Source of the DNA: Antedon mediterranea
Lineage: Eukaryota > Animalia > Echinodermata
DNA length: 64,000 nucleotides
Reading direction: 5' to 3'
NCBI RefSeq assembly: GCF_964355755.1
Contig: NC_092672.1
Location: 12,958,001-13,022,000, forward strand
Of the stretch, positions 11,330 through 24,294 are shown in pieces (position 1 is the stretch's first letter; every line of letters starts with the position of its first letter). A program made the position numbers and the translations under genes. The notes under the pieces are model-generated. The model was not told where the DNA came from, ran no database searches, and saw only the letters and a program-made list of their open reading frames with translations.

Positions 11330-12215
11330 AAGCCCATGGTAGCTATGATATGCATTGGTCTCAGCATTGGCTTTTAGATCAGAGAGGTTTTAGGAAGATT
11401 ATGTCGAGGAACCGGTACTCTACTAGACAGGCTAGCTCGCATCGGCTAGCTGGGCCTAGAAATACGAGATCGCCATTGACGCGTTCCTGGTATAATAATA
11501 TTGTATTATAAAATCTTTAGCAAAGATAAATCGTGTTATTCGGATCGACCGTGTCGCGACACACTTTTTTGCGCACGTGACATATGTGTTGGGTATTCAA
11601 AGTCTATCGAGCTTAAGAAGACAGGCAAAACAATTGAAGTAAACTAGGCCTGCAGTACATGTTCGGAATCACGTGCATAAGAACGACTGTTTTAAAACCT
11701 ATGAACATGGTTTATTTATTAGTTGACTATGATAAAAACTTGTTTTCAGGTAGTCAAGCAAGGGCAGCACACTTCCGACATAAAGCAATGTATGGGAGAT
11801 GGGCTATCGCATGTGCACACCGTAGAGAATTCAGCGATTAAGCCCTTCCCCGACAGACTGCGGTTGCCATCGAAGAGGGCGGCTGAATATAAGAGAGCTT
11901 ATATGCAAACGTTGTAAGTAAACCAAAGCGACCATTTGCCAGTATGTCGAGGAACCGGTTCATGCTGCTGTAATACGATGTCTCCACATTTGTAATGATG
12001 ACGACACTCTACCACGTGATGATCCAGCATACGACAGAGGATTCAAGGTAAGTGCCTTTATGGCTCATTTAATTGCTAATCTTCAATCTGCTTTTTACCT
12101 CTCTAGAAATATTTGTGTAGATGAGAGTGCGATTGCGTTCCTAGGCAGGGTAGGGTTCAAGACGTACCATCCATTGAAGCCACACAAGGGTGGGATGACA
12201 GCATGGACACTAGTG
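11330..12215 (+). pseudogene. piggyBac transposase remnant (central region), split by a 526-bp insert
   Basis: HWSQHWLLDQRGFRKIMSRNR / RCLHICNDD...DRGFKV...RNICVDESAIAFLGRVGFKTYHPLKPHKGGMTAW: piggyBac MSRNRF, VDE (first catalytic Asp) and KP.K.G motifs. An acidic low-complexity piece at 10320-10530 may be its N-terminus. Confidence 0.8.
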
Positions 12216-13039
12216 GATTTTCGTTATGGCGATTTTAACACGTTCGTGAAATTTCAAAAAGTGACATGTCTTTGAAGTTAAAAATATACTATTTCTTATG
12301 TAGCCATGTGAATAAAATTTATATGTCTAGAAAGATCTTGTTTAAGAGTTTATTTATATATATTTTTAATCTATGTTTATTAAATATTTTAATAGAAAAC
12401 GCGAGTTAAAAAGGAGGTACAAAAGCCGGCGAGCCGAAATCTGCGCGCTAAAAATAAATTCGAAAAAACACCTACCCATTTTCAAAACACGATCGCTCGG
12501 TGACCATAATAGGTGGTGGAGTAATTTTTGTTGCATGTTATCAGGCTTTAAATACCAAAACAAAATATAATTTTGATATGTAAATCGGTTAATATTATTT
12601 TGTACATCCGCCTCAAATGTCAATTTTTCCAATAAAAATTAAATTTAAGAGTCTTTCTCATTATCAAAATCTGGGGAATTTAGTATTGAATTGAAGCTAA
12701 TTTATATTTCTGTTTGATAAACTACATTGTTTTATTTGTCTTTGCGTGGTCGTCGTGCGAAGAGGCCAACAAGACCAACCACTTAAAAAAATAATCCCTA
12801 TCGAAAATAAAAGTATTTACCATTTTCCTTGCAGGGGGATTCAGTTCTCAGCTTATTACTAAATTACCGTCGCCCAGGCAATTTGCATGGTATGCATGTA
12901 TTAGCGCGTTAAATTATGATTGGATACCCCCGCAGTGGACTGTTCCATTTTCGGAACTAGTCGTTCCTGCACACGAGGCATGGCGAAGAATGTCGCTTCT
13001 CATGGAATATTTGCTTCGAAACGTCAATTTTACCGATTT

Positions 13040-13350
13040 ATTATTAAAGTATTTAAGCAATTTATATGATAATCAAAGTTCAATTTATGATCAAAGTATA
13101 CTCCGAGATCCTTTTCTATAGCAGTCTCTTCAATTTTAACTTTATCTTGTACATTTACAAAATACTCATTCTTCTCATTTGTTTTCCCCATATACAACAT
13201 CTTGCACTTGTTGGCATTGAAAGGTAGTTGGTCGACCAGATGGCAACTACCTTTCAATGCCAATTAAACATATTGGTATCAAGTGAGATCTGCAATTTTT
13301 CTTTGGATTCCGCATAATCATAAACTTTAGTATCATCAGCGAATATCCGG
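13040..13350 (-). mobile_element. CR1/L2-clade LINE reverse transcriptase fragment
   Basis: IFADDTKVY...LQ..LD...W and LPFNANKCKMLYMGKTN...EKDLGVYFDHKLNFDYHI, typical of the RT C-terminus and thumb; frameshifted. Confidence 0.8.
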
Positions 13351-15100
13351 TATGCACACAACAAACACCACAACGCGCGACAACCTGTGACCTCAGGACC
13401 TGTTTCATTCTCATCGTTGTCACTGTCGAAACATCTTGAGATCGCATGTTTACACAATTTAGCCTAGATAAAAAATGAAGCACTGCATGGTGTTTAAATG
13501 CCATAATAAGTCGGGAAGGAACATCAATGCGCCATGTTAAAGTAATGGTTGGATATTTTGAAACTGAAAAATCCACCTCAAAATATCAACACAAGGATAT
13601 GCAGTGATCACTTTCCCAAGGATTCATTTCAGCCATACGGGACAAAGGGAAGACGTGTTCTACGGAAAAATGCGGTTCCATCACTTCTCTTAGGCTATGA
13701 TGATGCTGCTGAGGATAAACCTCAATCTTCAAGAACATCATCATCACGGGCATCATTATCATCGTGTTCTGTTCAAACCTTAGTGGCTACTCCGGAGGAA
13801 GAAGAGGAGGTAATTGTTTTGCAATATTTGTTAGGCCTATTTTACTTGGCTGCATAAATAGGCTTAGCTAGTTAGGATAGGTAGGATAATATTACTTTTA
13901 AAAACTGAAACTCCTAGAGAGATGACTCCACAGGTATATCCTTGGCTTGAATAGATTAGCTTTTATTAGGGCTTACATTCCATGATGAGATTAATGTATT
14001 TACCTCCATCATGGCCTAGGGACATGAAGCTATGATGAGTTAAACATACTGTACCAAAATTAAGGATTAACCAAGGAGGGCCTGTCTATATGCTTATTTA
14101 TAGGCTATTTAACTGCTGTACAAATGTATTTCTGCATATATAAAGTATTGTGGGTTTTCATTCAGACACAGTTATGTTTCATCAAATTTGTAATAGATGT
14201 CTATCAAGGCAGAGATGTACTTTAAATCTTCTTGGTCTAGGCTAGGTCAATTAATAGTTAATGACTATATCATGTACTGATGTATATTTTTTTTCACCAA
14301 CAGATGGATTTTGCACCACCTTCAACATCAACACCAAAAAAACTAAACAAGAGTGCTGATGATAGCGAAATTGGTGAATGCAGCTCGTTTGATATAACAC
14401 CTCAACAAGAGAATGACCCTTCATTTAAAATGGTTAGTGATTCTGATTCGAGTGACTCCTCGGAGGATGAGATGAAAGATGTTGATGAGATTGTGGACTG
14501 TACAAAGTACATAGTATACGACGAGTGCTTACTGCAGTTGGTACGGTGTCAAGAAGCTGGATGTGGTGCGGCAGTACCAGAACCATCAAAATCTACATCT
14601 GGCAGTATGTTGATAATCAACCTTGAAGGGCATAAGTTTCATTGGTTGTCGCGGCCACTGTGTGGAGAGACAAGACGTCCTGCTAGCAATGTTGCAATAG
14701 CAGCCGCAACCCTGCATACAGGCAACACCTTCACTACCATGAGTGAAATTTTTGAAGAAATGAAGTTGGCAACAATTCATAAATCCACTTTCTACGAGTT
14801 TCAGCAAGATTTCTTGTTGCCAAACATTGAGAAGATATTCAATACTCACATGGAAGACGTTCGTAGAACTAAGTTTTATTCTTTACTTCTATAAAGTGGA
14901 CAATCGTTATTGTTCATTAATCAATTATTTAATGTTGTTTCTTCTATTTAATTATTATCATCATTTCTCCAGCATATGAAAATCTTGAAGATACAGTTGT
15001 AGTTGCCGGGGATTCGGTGGCTGAGTCAATGTCGGCTCCATTCCTGCTGGAAATTTTAAGCGCAGCAATTTTATTTAGTGGAGCTCTACCAAGCATAAAT
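13350..15100 (+). pseudogene. THAP-domain Kolobok transposase remnant
   Basis: THAP C-terminal half (WLDILK...RICSDHF...LRKNAVPS, 13545-13690). Kolobok core KYIV...LLQL..C...GH.FHW.S.P...N.AIAAA...G...STFY..Q...L.P.I (14500-14870), then VVVAGD at about 15000. A second short W.SQ..IPAGN..SAAILFSG piece lies at 15017-15095. Confidence 0.7.
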
Positions 15101-15199
15101 ACATATGATCAGGTCATGTGGACAAGTGTTCCATGTCATATAAAAGAATCATGCTATTTATAATAATATAACTTTTCCCTGGAAAACTGGACTACAACC

Positions 15200-15370
15200 T
15201 TCCAAGAAATCTTTTTAATATCTGGCGAGGTAATGTATGGAAAGGGGCAAAGTTTTGATTCAACAGAAAAGGTTTAATCCTTGTGCCAAACTTGACGTAG
15301 TATTCGCACACAGATGTTGAGTTTAGTGCAGAAGGGGCTGTGGACCTTCTAGGGCCCACAAGAAATGGAC
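15200..15370 (+). pseudogene. G2E3-like HECT E3 ligase domain fragment
   Basis: NIWRGNVWKGAKF.FNRK.FNP..LDVVF..DVEFSAEGAVDLLGPTR matches the HECT N-lobe pattern R..V...A...F....F.P...V.F...E.AVD.GGP.RE; frameshifts present. Confidence 0.55.
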
Positions 15371-15389
15371 CATGGACCAAACCAAAGGG

Positions 15390-15710
15390 AGATCAGAAAG
15401 CCATGTGCCATCGAACTTTATACGCATTACATGGGTGTTGTTAATAGGGCAGACAGACTGATATGGACCTACCTGCACACACACAAAAGCCTGAAGTGGT
15501 CGCTACCTGTTGGAGGTAAGTTTCACTAACGCTCTTATCATTTACAAATGGTTTAGACCTGATCAGTGTATTAGGTCCGACAAGCTGCGACTTGAGCTTA
15601 TTGATGGTTTGCTTGAAGACTACGCTCGACATCCTACCAGGCTAGGAAAGTGTCCAACAGATCGACCCCAGTGGCTGACTGAACGGCATTTTCCAGGGAT
15701 CAATCAACAC
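15390..15710 (+). pseudogene. piggyBac transposase C-terminal remnant
   Basis: KPCAIELYTHYMGVVNRADRLIWTY...KW..YLLEVSFTNALIIY...LRLELIDGLL...LTERHFP, the YN..MGGVD.AD region of piggyBac. Confidence 0.75.
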
Positions 15711-16372
15711 AAGAAATGAATTGATAGATTTGTCATTATAGTAAGCATCTGTAATACCATTTGCCTCTTCGTTACAATCAAAAACACAAAAAAAAACCAC
15801 ACAACACTGTAAAAAGGTCTTCTTCACCAACCGAAGCTACTGCTTACCGGTAAACTGAGATTGCATCGCATTGCTGGACACTCCTACTTGTTTTCTGGGA
15901 TTATTTTGACATAGCCACTGAACTACTATCTTTTCAGGCAGACAAATCATTAGGACATTTTTGAATGAGCTAACAACTTTTAAACATTCAGAGAGGATCA
16001 TTAATACTAAATTAATGAATGAAGTAAAGAAGAAACAGGAAAAGGCTAGACAGAGAGAATGGGAAATTGCATAGGGTGTATTAGAAATTAACAAGAAAGT
16101 CATATTTAATACAGTTATTTGGGGCTAACCCATCAATTTCAAAGTCAAAGATGGCCATACTGTAACAGAGATGTGAATATTCTGTCGTTTCCGCGGGTTT
16201 CCCCTTTTTTTATATAAACTTTATTTAGACACGAGACTGATGTGCAGTACAACTCGTTCAATCAATATTGATTGTTTTTACAAGTTCGTGATACTGTATT
16301 ACAAAAAAAAAAAATTAACACATATAAATACGACAGAAATGAAAAAATTGAAATTGAAAAGAAACAAAATTA

Positions 16373-16480
16373 CAGCAGAATCCCCTTCATCTGACACCTC
16401 TATTTAGGGTACACCATACCGGTACTTTCCGTGTAAACGGGAACCCTTATCGAAGTGTATAATTTATGGGGATTCTACTG
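16373..16480. mobile_element. Short Tc1/mariner-type MITE
   Basis: TIRs CAGCAGAATCCCC / GGGGATTCTACTG, flanked by TA on both sides. Confidence 0.65.
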
Positions 16481-17201
16481 TAATACATAATAAATCTTTT
16501 TGATTTCATTTACCTTAAAATAATAGTGATAAAACACACATTTTACATAGTATTTGGCCATTTTAAAAGTTGGATGTACCAGGTATTTTGAGACCTTTCC
16601 AGATTCACCTAACAATGCCAGTGGGTGCTCTTAGTTCCTAATGCAAATTTTTATTGTCATTACAGAAAATGATAGAGGAAGAGCTGAGAAAAGTTTCTTT
16701 AGAGAAAGAGAAAGGTAAGGAAATATCATAAATTTATGCAAGCTGTGCAATAAAAAAAAATTCACTTTTCCACGAAAATTCAACTAAATGTTTACTAGTA
16801 TTTGCTACTTTTGCCACACAAAAAATATACAATTATGAATTTAAAAAATATTCTTTTGATTACACAAAGTATCGATTAGTGGCATAATGTGTACATACAG
16901 TACAATATTAAATGAAATTGTTTATATATATATATATTTCAGCCACTTGTATAACAATTGTATGGAAAAAAAAATCCCTAATCTTGGCTTGCAAGGCAGA
17001 AATAGAATTCTCAATGAATTGTACTGGGTGAATGGACAGTACAGTATAATACTCTAGAGTTGCATCTAAATAATCTACTTGGAATACATTGAATTCTGTT
17101 AAATTTAGTTTAGTCTACGTGTATGCTACGTGTATGTACTGTTTTGTCTCTTACACAAAAAATAAATAAATAATCAAACTTTTCAGGTTTTATTGTTTTA
17201 G

Positions 17202-17617
17202 AATCGGTAATGACAGAAGGATTAGAAATTTGGAGAAGGAGGTTCAACATTTGAGGAAAAGGATATTACAAATTAGAAAAGTTGGTACAAACAACAAATA
17301 AAGAAAAGGACGATGGAAAACGATATAATGGCCATTCAATGAATGATTTGAAGACAAGCGTAAGGGCATCTGACCCATTGTCCACGAGTGTGGGCATTTT
17401 GGCAAAAAAACTATTTTCCATTGAAGAACTTAAAAGCTGTTCAATATTAACAGGAAAAAAGTCAGTCAAAAGTGGAGACAGACCTCGCCCTCCACTTAAT
17501 CAAGACCGACTTTGTATTTTTTTTGATAAAATTTGTCTAGTGTCTGGGTCTTCAAGGAAAGAAGTAATGGAAAAACTTCAAAATAAAATGAAAGTGGTTA
17601 GAAAAAAAACCAAGTAG
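17202..17617 (+). pseudogene. Coiled-coil plus BEN domain protein remnant
   Basis: Coiled coil IRNLEKEVQHLRKRILQ, frameshifted into SVGILAKKLFSIEELKSCSILTGKK...PPLNQDRL...KLQNK, matching the BEN L...LF+.EEL...S..G....L pattern. Confidence 0.6.
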
Positions 17618-17829
17618 CTCTAGAAGGAAAATGTTTAAAAAAAAGTGGTCGCTACCTGTAGTTTCACTAACGCTCTTATCATTTACAGATGGTTTAGACC
17701 TAATCAGCGTATTAGGTCCGACAAGCTGCGACTTGAGCTTATTGATGGTTTGCTTAAAGACTACGCTCGACGTCCTACCACACAGAGTTAATGTAGTCAA
17801 TGTGATCAACGTCCTACAAAAGCAATGAA

Positions 17830-18270
17830 TTTTCTAGAACCTGTCCGGAAAACAAAGAATATATTTCAATCAGGTTTTTCACAATTGTGATGTTCATGCT
17901 TTTTATTCTTTGCTAATTCCAAATAAAAGAGGTATATACCCGAGAAAACTAGACTTAATTATGATGGCGCTGCCAGTACAAAAACTACAAGAATCTAACC
18001 AAGCCATGTTACCACACTGAGGACCATGAATTACAAGATGAATGGAACTTGTTTGCAACCAGTCACGGGAAGAGCCCTTGTGATGGATTGGGAGGTACAA
18101 CTAAAAGATTAGTAGCACAGTCAATTTTGCAAGCCACAGTAGACAACCACTTAACTGCAAAACAAATATATGAATGGGCAACCAACGTTTTTTTTATGTT
18201 ACTAAGAAACATGTCACTCCTCTATAAACGCAACAGATGATCAAAGACAGTTGTAGGAACTCGATCACAC
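17830..18270 (+). pseudogene. Degenerate Sola2 transposase fragment, distinct from the intact element
   Basis: Frameshifted DGAA.QYKNYKN-like segment and EWNLFATSHGKSPCDGLGGTTKRLV, homologous to the 6487-9108 ORF but diverged. Confidence 0.8.
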
Positions 18271-20147
18271 CGTTATTTGGGTGTCACAAAACCTAAGATC
18301 ATGCTCAAAGCTAGGACCCCCTAAGATATACGACAGCTTAAGAACACTAATTGTTTATCTATTTACCATAAATAATTTAATACTTCACAAACAAATAGAA
18401 ATAAACTCACAATATTTTCTCCCATTGATTGAGTAAATATATACTTTAAAGGCATAACAAAAGATGATGTGCTTAGCAAGGCATGGTTTGTGAAATAAAA
18501 AAAAAGAAAGTAGAGATTATGATTTATAATGACAGAGCACCATCAATTAAATTACCAGGTGATTAAGGAGAGTGAAGCTAAGATATTTACTAATGTGTAA
18601 CAATGAATCACTTATTTTTTCATAGGGAAGAGTTTTATAAAATATAATATAAATAATATACTAGGTTAAAGATGTCGTAAACGCAAATGTAAAGTCTTGT
18701 GCGGACTGAATATAGACAAGGTTTCTGCCATTTCATTATCGTTTAATGTACAGAATGTGACTGGAGTACACAGTTACCCCAGGGCAGTCAAAAAGGGACA
18801 TTGATGCCTCACAAAACTTTGCATATTCTCTCCCACCTATGACAGAGGATTGCTGCAACAGCATATTTGAAAAGGCCCTTACAGCACCAACTGATGATCT
18901 GTTTTTTACCCCTCTAGAATGTGTGTGCATTGCTAGGTGTACCATCCAAAGATGCACAGGTGTGGGATAACATGGACATTAGCGGACGCCAAAACTGGAT
19001 ACGTACACAACCAAACCTTGATGCGTACACAATACTACTAGAAAAAGGTCTAAACACTCGAGGGTACAGCTGTCTCATCCAACAATTGCAATTAAATAAG
19101 CTGAAAATCTTAGTGATGTAAAGAAAGCTGATATGTTGAAATTTATACCAATGAAACTAAGACAGGGCATGTCAAATCTGATACTGTAAACCTATCCCCG
19201 CTTACCAATATTGTACTGACAATCTTGTAATTTAGTAATGAGTTGGATTGTTATAGATATTATATTATCAACAAAATAATTTCTAAAGAAAACAACCAGT
19301 CTACGCAACAGATGCTAAAGAGCATAATGAAACTTCAATATTACGCCTAGGAAGAAGATACACACGTGTACTTCTTGCACAACAAAGACAAGATGTTAAT
19401 TACTAAGACGATTTTACCGTGTACTGTCTGTGCCAACGCCAGAGGATCGGCTCCTAGGGACTGGGTTGAAGTTTTAAAAGTTATGGTCATCTCGAACCAA
19501 ATTGCAGCAGCCAAAGGCAGAGTTGGTATGGTAATCTTTTAACTTATATTTGTAATATTTAATATTTGTTATAATAAGAAATTAGGAGATTGGCAGAAAT
19601 GAAGTTTAACACTCTTAATAAGTATTTATTTTTTGATGATCCAATATATAAATTTGAATATTAAAACCATTAAACCTAAGTTTTTACTCAAGCTGTGGTT
19701 GGTTCTTGAAGCAGCTTAATTATGAGAGAGTCCATGAACATTTTTTTATTTGTATTAGCTTTTTTATTAAGTTCAATGTAATTTCCTGAACTAGATGAAT
19801 AACGGGAACTATGACTCTAAAACACTTTCGTGGTATAGCACCATCATAGGACATTCGGGTTCTCACTTAAAAAGATGTATATTTTTGGTAGTTCCATCTC
19901 TGCTCATGGCATTTCCATTTCTGTTCATGTGTTTTCATTTTAATGGATTCTTTGATTTATCCAGTCTTTCAATGTCGATTTGGTGACCAACATTGGCTCA
20001 GTGGTGAACAATTTCTCAGACTGAGCTTCTAGCTGATCTTGCTGGTATATCTGTGCAATGTTAGGCTACTTTGTATAGGTCTGCTTTGTGTTCTTTTATT
20101 GTTGTGGATAGGTTCTTGCTTTTTTCCCCTGATCTTTTTTTTTTTCA

Positions 20148-20833
20148 GAGCAAGCAATTTGCATCCGTTAATAAACTCATCCAACGACTCCCCTTGTTTT
20201 TGTGTGTATTTCCTTAGCTTCAATCGACAAATACGAAAGTTTTCTGAAGGTTCTAATTGCTCAAGAAATTTCTTGAAAATAGTAGCTGGCTCCTTTCGCT
20301 GCTCTTCCGTTAATGTCCATGTATTATATCTGCCAAGACCTTCTTCGCCTACGGCAAGAAGTATCAAAGGGACTTGTCGATCTGCGTCTGTACCTTTGAT
20401 TTGGAAATATAATTCAACACGTTGTTGAAATAACTTAAACGAATCTGCCGCATTTGGCGAGCTCCAATCAAAACGTGTGGAACGTGTTCAGTCATTGTTG
20501 ACACGAGATATAGACAATACCGGCTGTACTACCGTGGTGGTATGCTGGCTGTGTTGTGTTTATTTCGGCCTAGCATGCACAGAAACGGCTATTAATTGTT
20601 GCGTTTTATCTTCACTGGTTATGTTTAAAAAAAGTAAAGATACGTAATCCCACTTCTGACACCATGTAAAGGCTGGTGTTAAACGAAAGAAATGAGACAG
20701 AGAGACAACCATGTAAGTTACGATAAGTACAAGTGTTTAATGGCAAAACAACACGTCCTTTATATACAGTAATACCTAGCACGCCACCACTCAGGTGTGT
20801 ATGCAAATTGGGGTCTAGCGCCACCATATTACA
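20148..20833 (-). mobile_element. Gypsy-type LTR retrotransposon 5' portion: LTR, PBS and truncated gag
   Basis: 169-bp TG...CA LTR (20833-20665) with TATATAAAG and ATTAAA. PBS TGGTGTCAGAAGTGGGAT immediately follows (20664-20647). Gag reads DWSSPNAADSFKLFQQRVELYF...LLAVGEEG...Q..GESLDEFI..CKLLA and ends at an A-run. Confidence 0.85.
20647..20664 (-). promoter_or_regulatory. Primer-binding site complementary to the 3' end of tRNA-Leu
   Basis: 18-nt TGGTGTCAGAAGTGGGAT directly after the LTR terminal CA. Confidence 0.8.
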
Positions 20834-23712
20834 GGTATATTACTCCAGATTTATCATCCTTTTTTATTTTATCTTTTAGGTGAATCTGGAAAGGTCTTAA
20901 TTGTGTTGCTGTGTGAAATAAGTGTTAATGTTTGAAGCTGGATAGACATCGTCCGATGCTTTCTGAAATTCTGTGTATCCGATATATTCTGTTTAGCTTT
21001 CCCGGATCTGAGATACACTAAAAGTCTTTTTCCAGTAAACTGTAGTTTGTATCTTTCTTTTCCCTCTTAACCTTTTCCTCCTGTTTAGCATTTTCAAGTA
21101 TTTTCTGGAACATCTTATGAATTGAATATTTGGGGTAATCAAAGCCAACAAGTGCATATCTAATCCTGTTCAATTGTACCAGTGAGTGTGACAGATAAAG
21201 ACACTAATAAGGAAGAACCCTAAACAAATATATTTGTGAAAACTTGAATGTCTTATATGGCGCTATACCAACAACAAGTTCTTGTTAATTAGCGTTTTCA
21301 AGGTAAATGGGCTCACAATGATTAAGTTGCATCAAAGAACCAGCAAAAACTCAAGTAAAATGCAAGTTTGAAAGGGTTATTCAAATTATGTAGGAATATC
21401 CTCTAGAACATAATTAAATCAAACATCGAATTGAAGCTTGTCTAGAAATTTTGCGGACTAATGTTAGTGTCTCAAAAAGATTTAATAAAAGACCACATGT
21501 CAAATGTTATGTAACTCGGTCGAATTGATATTTTTAAAACTTGTATTTGCTGCCAGGAAAAACCAGAGAAAATAGGAAAGTAGAAATTAAGTGAGATTGT
21601 TGTGACATGCCATCCAGGTTTCAGAGAATGAATGAGTGCTACAAGAAGTATACCTGGCATGTATGGTGCAATGGTTACTTTACCGCACACTATGAATGAA
21701 TAGCAAGTGTTGAACATACTGTATTTTTAACAGTACAGAACTATAGGCGTAAAATCCTACCAAATGAATTATGCATTCATCAACCTCAGGCGGATTTTCC
21801 ATCCAATCATATCTTGCCGAGTTTGATGGCAATAATCACTAACTTTAGTTGGCTATTAGGATTTTGGGATTTTGTTTAGAAAGCTCATTAAATTTTGATT
21901 CAGAAAATCGAAACCACGCTATTTTGGTTTACCAACTATTTTCTGTATTGTTTGTTTGTTTTAATCGCAAAATCTACCAGCCAGATAACGAAGATCACGT
22001 GCCTGTCAGAAACAATGTTAGCGATGACAATCAATCTGAGTACAACAATGAACCAGGGCCTAGGTTTAGAAGAAGAATCAACGATTTGGAATGAAAAGAT
22101 GTCATTTAAAAACATTTCAAGAGAACCCCAGATGCCATCAAAATTATTATGTAACAAGATGTTTAGAATTTAAATTATGATTTAAGGGACCTAGAATTAA
22201 ATGGAATTAACATTTCTAATGAGCTATCCTGTAAAGGTGTCATAAGTGACATAAAGTTGTATATAATATACTTTGCTAGTCCATTTTTACTTTCCCTTTG
22301 TTTTCACTATTTGAACCTTTCTTTTGTATTAGGAAGCTATTGTGTGAAGCTAGTGAAGCAGAGTATTTGTGTTGCAGAGAAGGATTGTGCAGAGTTTGCC
22401 GATTGGAGGAGAGGTATAAGAGTTAAGTCAGTGTGTGAGTTGCTGATTGGTGGAGAAGGCTAAGGTGGTGGTATGTGTACAATTGAGGGAATTTTGAGGG
22501 AGATGGAAAATGAGAAGAGACATAGAAGGAGGGCTATGTTAATGTTAAGCAAGAAAGGGTTAGGTGAACATTGATATGAGAAACTAAGACGTACAGCAGA
22601 GAAGAAAGTAATTGTTGTGGTAATAAAGTAGAAGCATAAAGGAAATAAAGTGAGATACATAAAGTAAAATAAATAGAAATGGATGTAATCCTATAAGGCT
22701 GCACTTAAATGTAGAACTGTTAATTGTTGAGATTACTGAGGATTAATGTTGTTGATTACAAAGGCACAACATTAAAAAAAGGACACGATAACAATGGTTT
22801 ATTGACCTCTTAGACTACTACCCTTTAGGACTTGGGTGCATACAGGATACTAATTCCACTGAAACATGCAATTTCATGTAAGCAAAATAGAAATTTATAT
22901 ATTGCAATATCATTACTTATTTATAGATGGAAAAGATTGGCTATTCAGGAAATTCTTCCAAACATAGCTGTTGACGACATGTTGTTAAACGAAGAGTTAG
23001 GAAGACGGGTTTTGCAACTTCCAAAGCACTTAATTGTTGACACAAATTATGAAGTAGAGACCGAAGGTATAAAGTTGTTCATGACATGCAATTTTGTAAT
23101 TCTTTTTATGGCCCTAAACCAACACGCCTTCAATACCTACGGTGGTCAAATGACTGATTTGAACAAATCCCCACTAACCAAAATATTATATGAAATATCT
23201 CCTAAAAATGTATGATTACAGTATTATTTTTATACAGTAGAGAGTACAAATTTTAGAAGCCTAACATTCTGTTTTATTAAACTTGCAGAAGACATTGGCT
23301 CAGAAAAGCGCAAATAAAGTGCAGAAAAGGTATTGGAGCTTCCAAAGCTTCCTCAAGCACCACAATCGACAACTATGCGAAGTAGGAAAAACTGTGATGA
23401 CATAGTGGGGACACGACATTCAACATCGACACCATCTGCATCACATTGTACAATAACCCCAATTACTCAAAACAAAGATGAAAGTAACTGCGACTAAAAA
23501 AATAACATAAAAACAAGAATTTTATTCTTCACCTCAAAGTTCAGAAAAAACATTTTGTTTTATTCTTTTCTATAGATGTATTTTTTTATTAGGCGAATCA
23601 CCTCGTAATGTTTTTCCTTCCATTTCTGTTGATTGTCATTCCTCTCTTTTTTATTAAAAATTAAAAATTCAATCAATGTACAATATGTCACTTTACCATT
23701 ATACTTACTTAT

Positions 23713-24294
23713 ACACACATACATTTCTATCAATTTATACAGGTTGTCCTGTCAAGTTTGAATGGATTCTTGTGCCAATTCATGTGCCACAACACTGGAT
23801 CTTACTTGTGGCACATGTGCCATCAAAATCAGTGAGTGTATTGGATTCCTTACATGGGAATAATTCAGTACTTCAGGTAGTTTATTTTCTTTAAACTTTT
23901 GAAATATGTTCTAAACATTGAATCATTTTGCCAACAATATATTAATATCTCAACCAATCTTTTGATATAACATGAAGTGTTGGTATATAGTTTACAATCA
24001 TAACATTAAACATTACAGTTATTTAAAATAATATATAATATTTTTATCCCATTTAAGAAATTACAGTATGGAAAAGAGGTCATCAGAAACAGGTGAACTA
24101 GGTGGCCCATGGAAACAAATTGAAATGAATACATGCAAACAAGCTGATGGCCACAAGGAATCCAATACACTCACTGATTTTGATGGCACATGTGCCACAA
24201 GTAAGATCCAGTGTTGTGGCACATGAATTGGTTCAAGAATCCATTCAAACTTAGACAGGACAACCTGTATAAATTGATAGAAATGTATGTGTGT
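23713..24294. repeat. Inverted repeat: 23713-23851 / 24155-24294
   Basis: About 140-bp arms with about 3 differences and a 303-bp spacer. Confidence 0.95.

Noticed and set aside
20039-20428. 129-aa plus-strand ORF with a hydrophobic N-terminus
   Set aside because: Antisense shadow of the Gypsy gag fragment.
21470-21700. Possible RPA-like zinc-ribbon fragment (CICC...CC)
   Set aside because: Too degraded to assign by eye.
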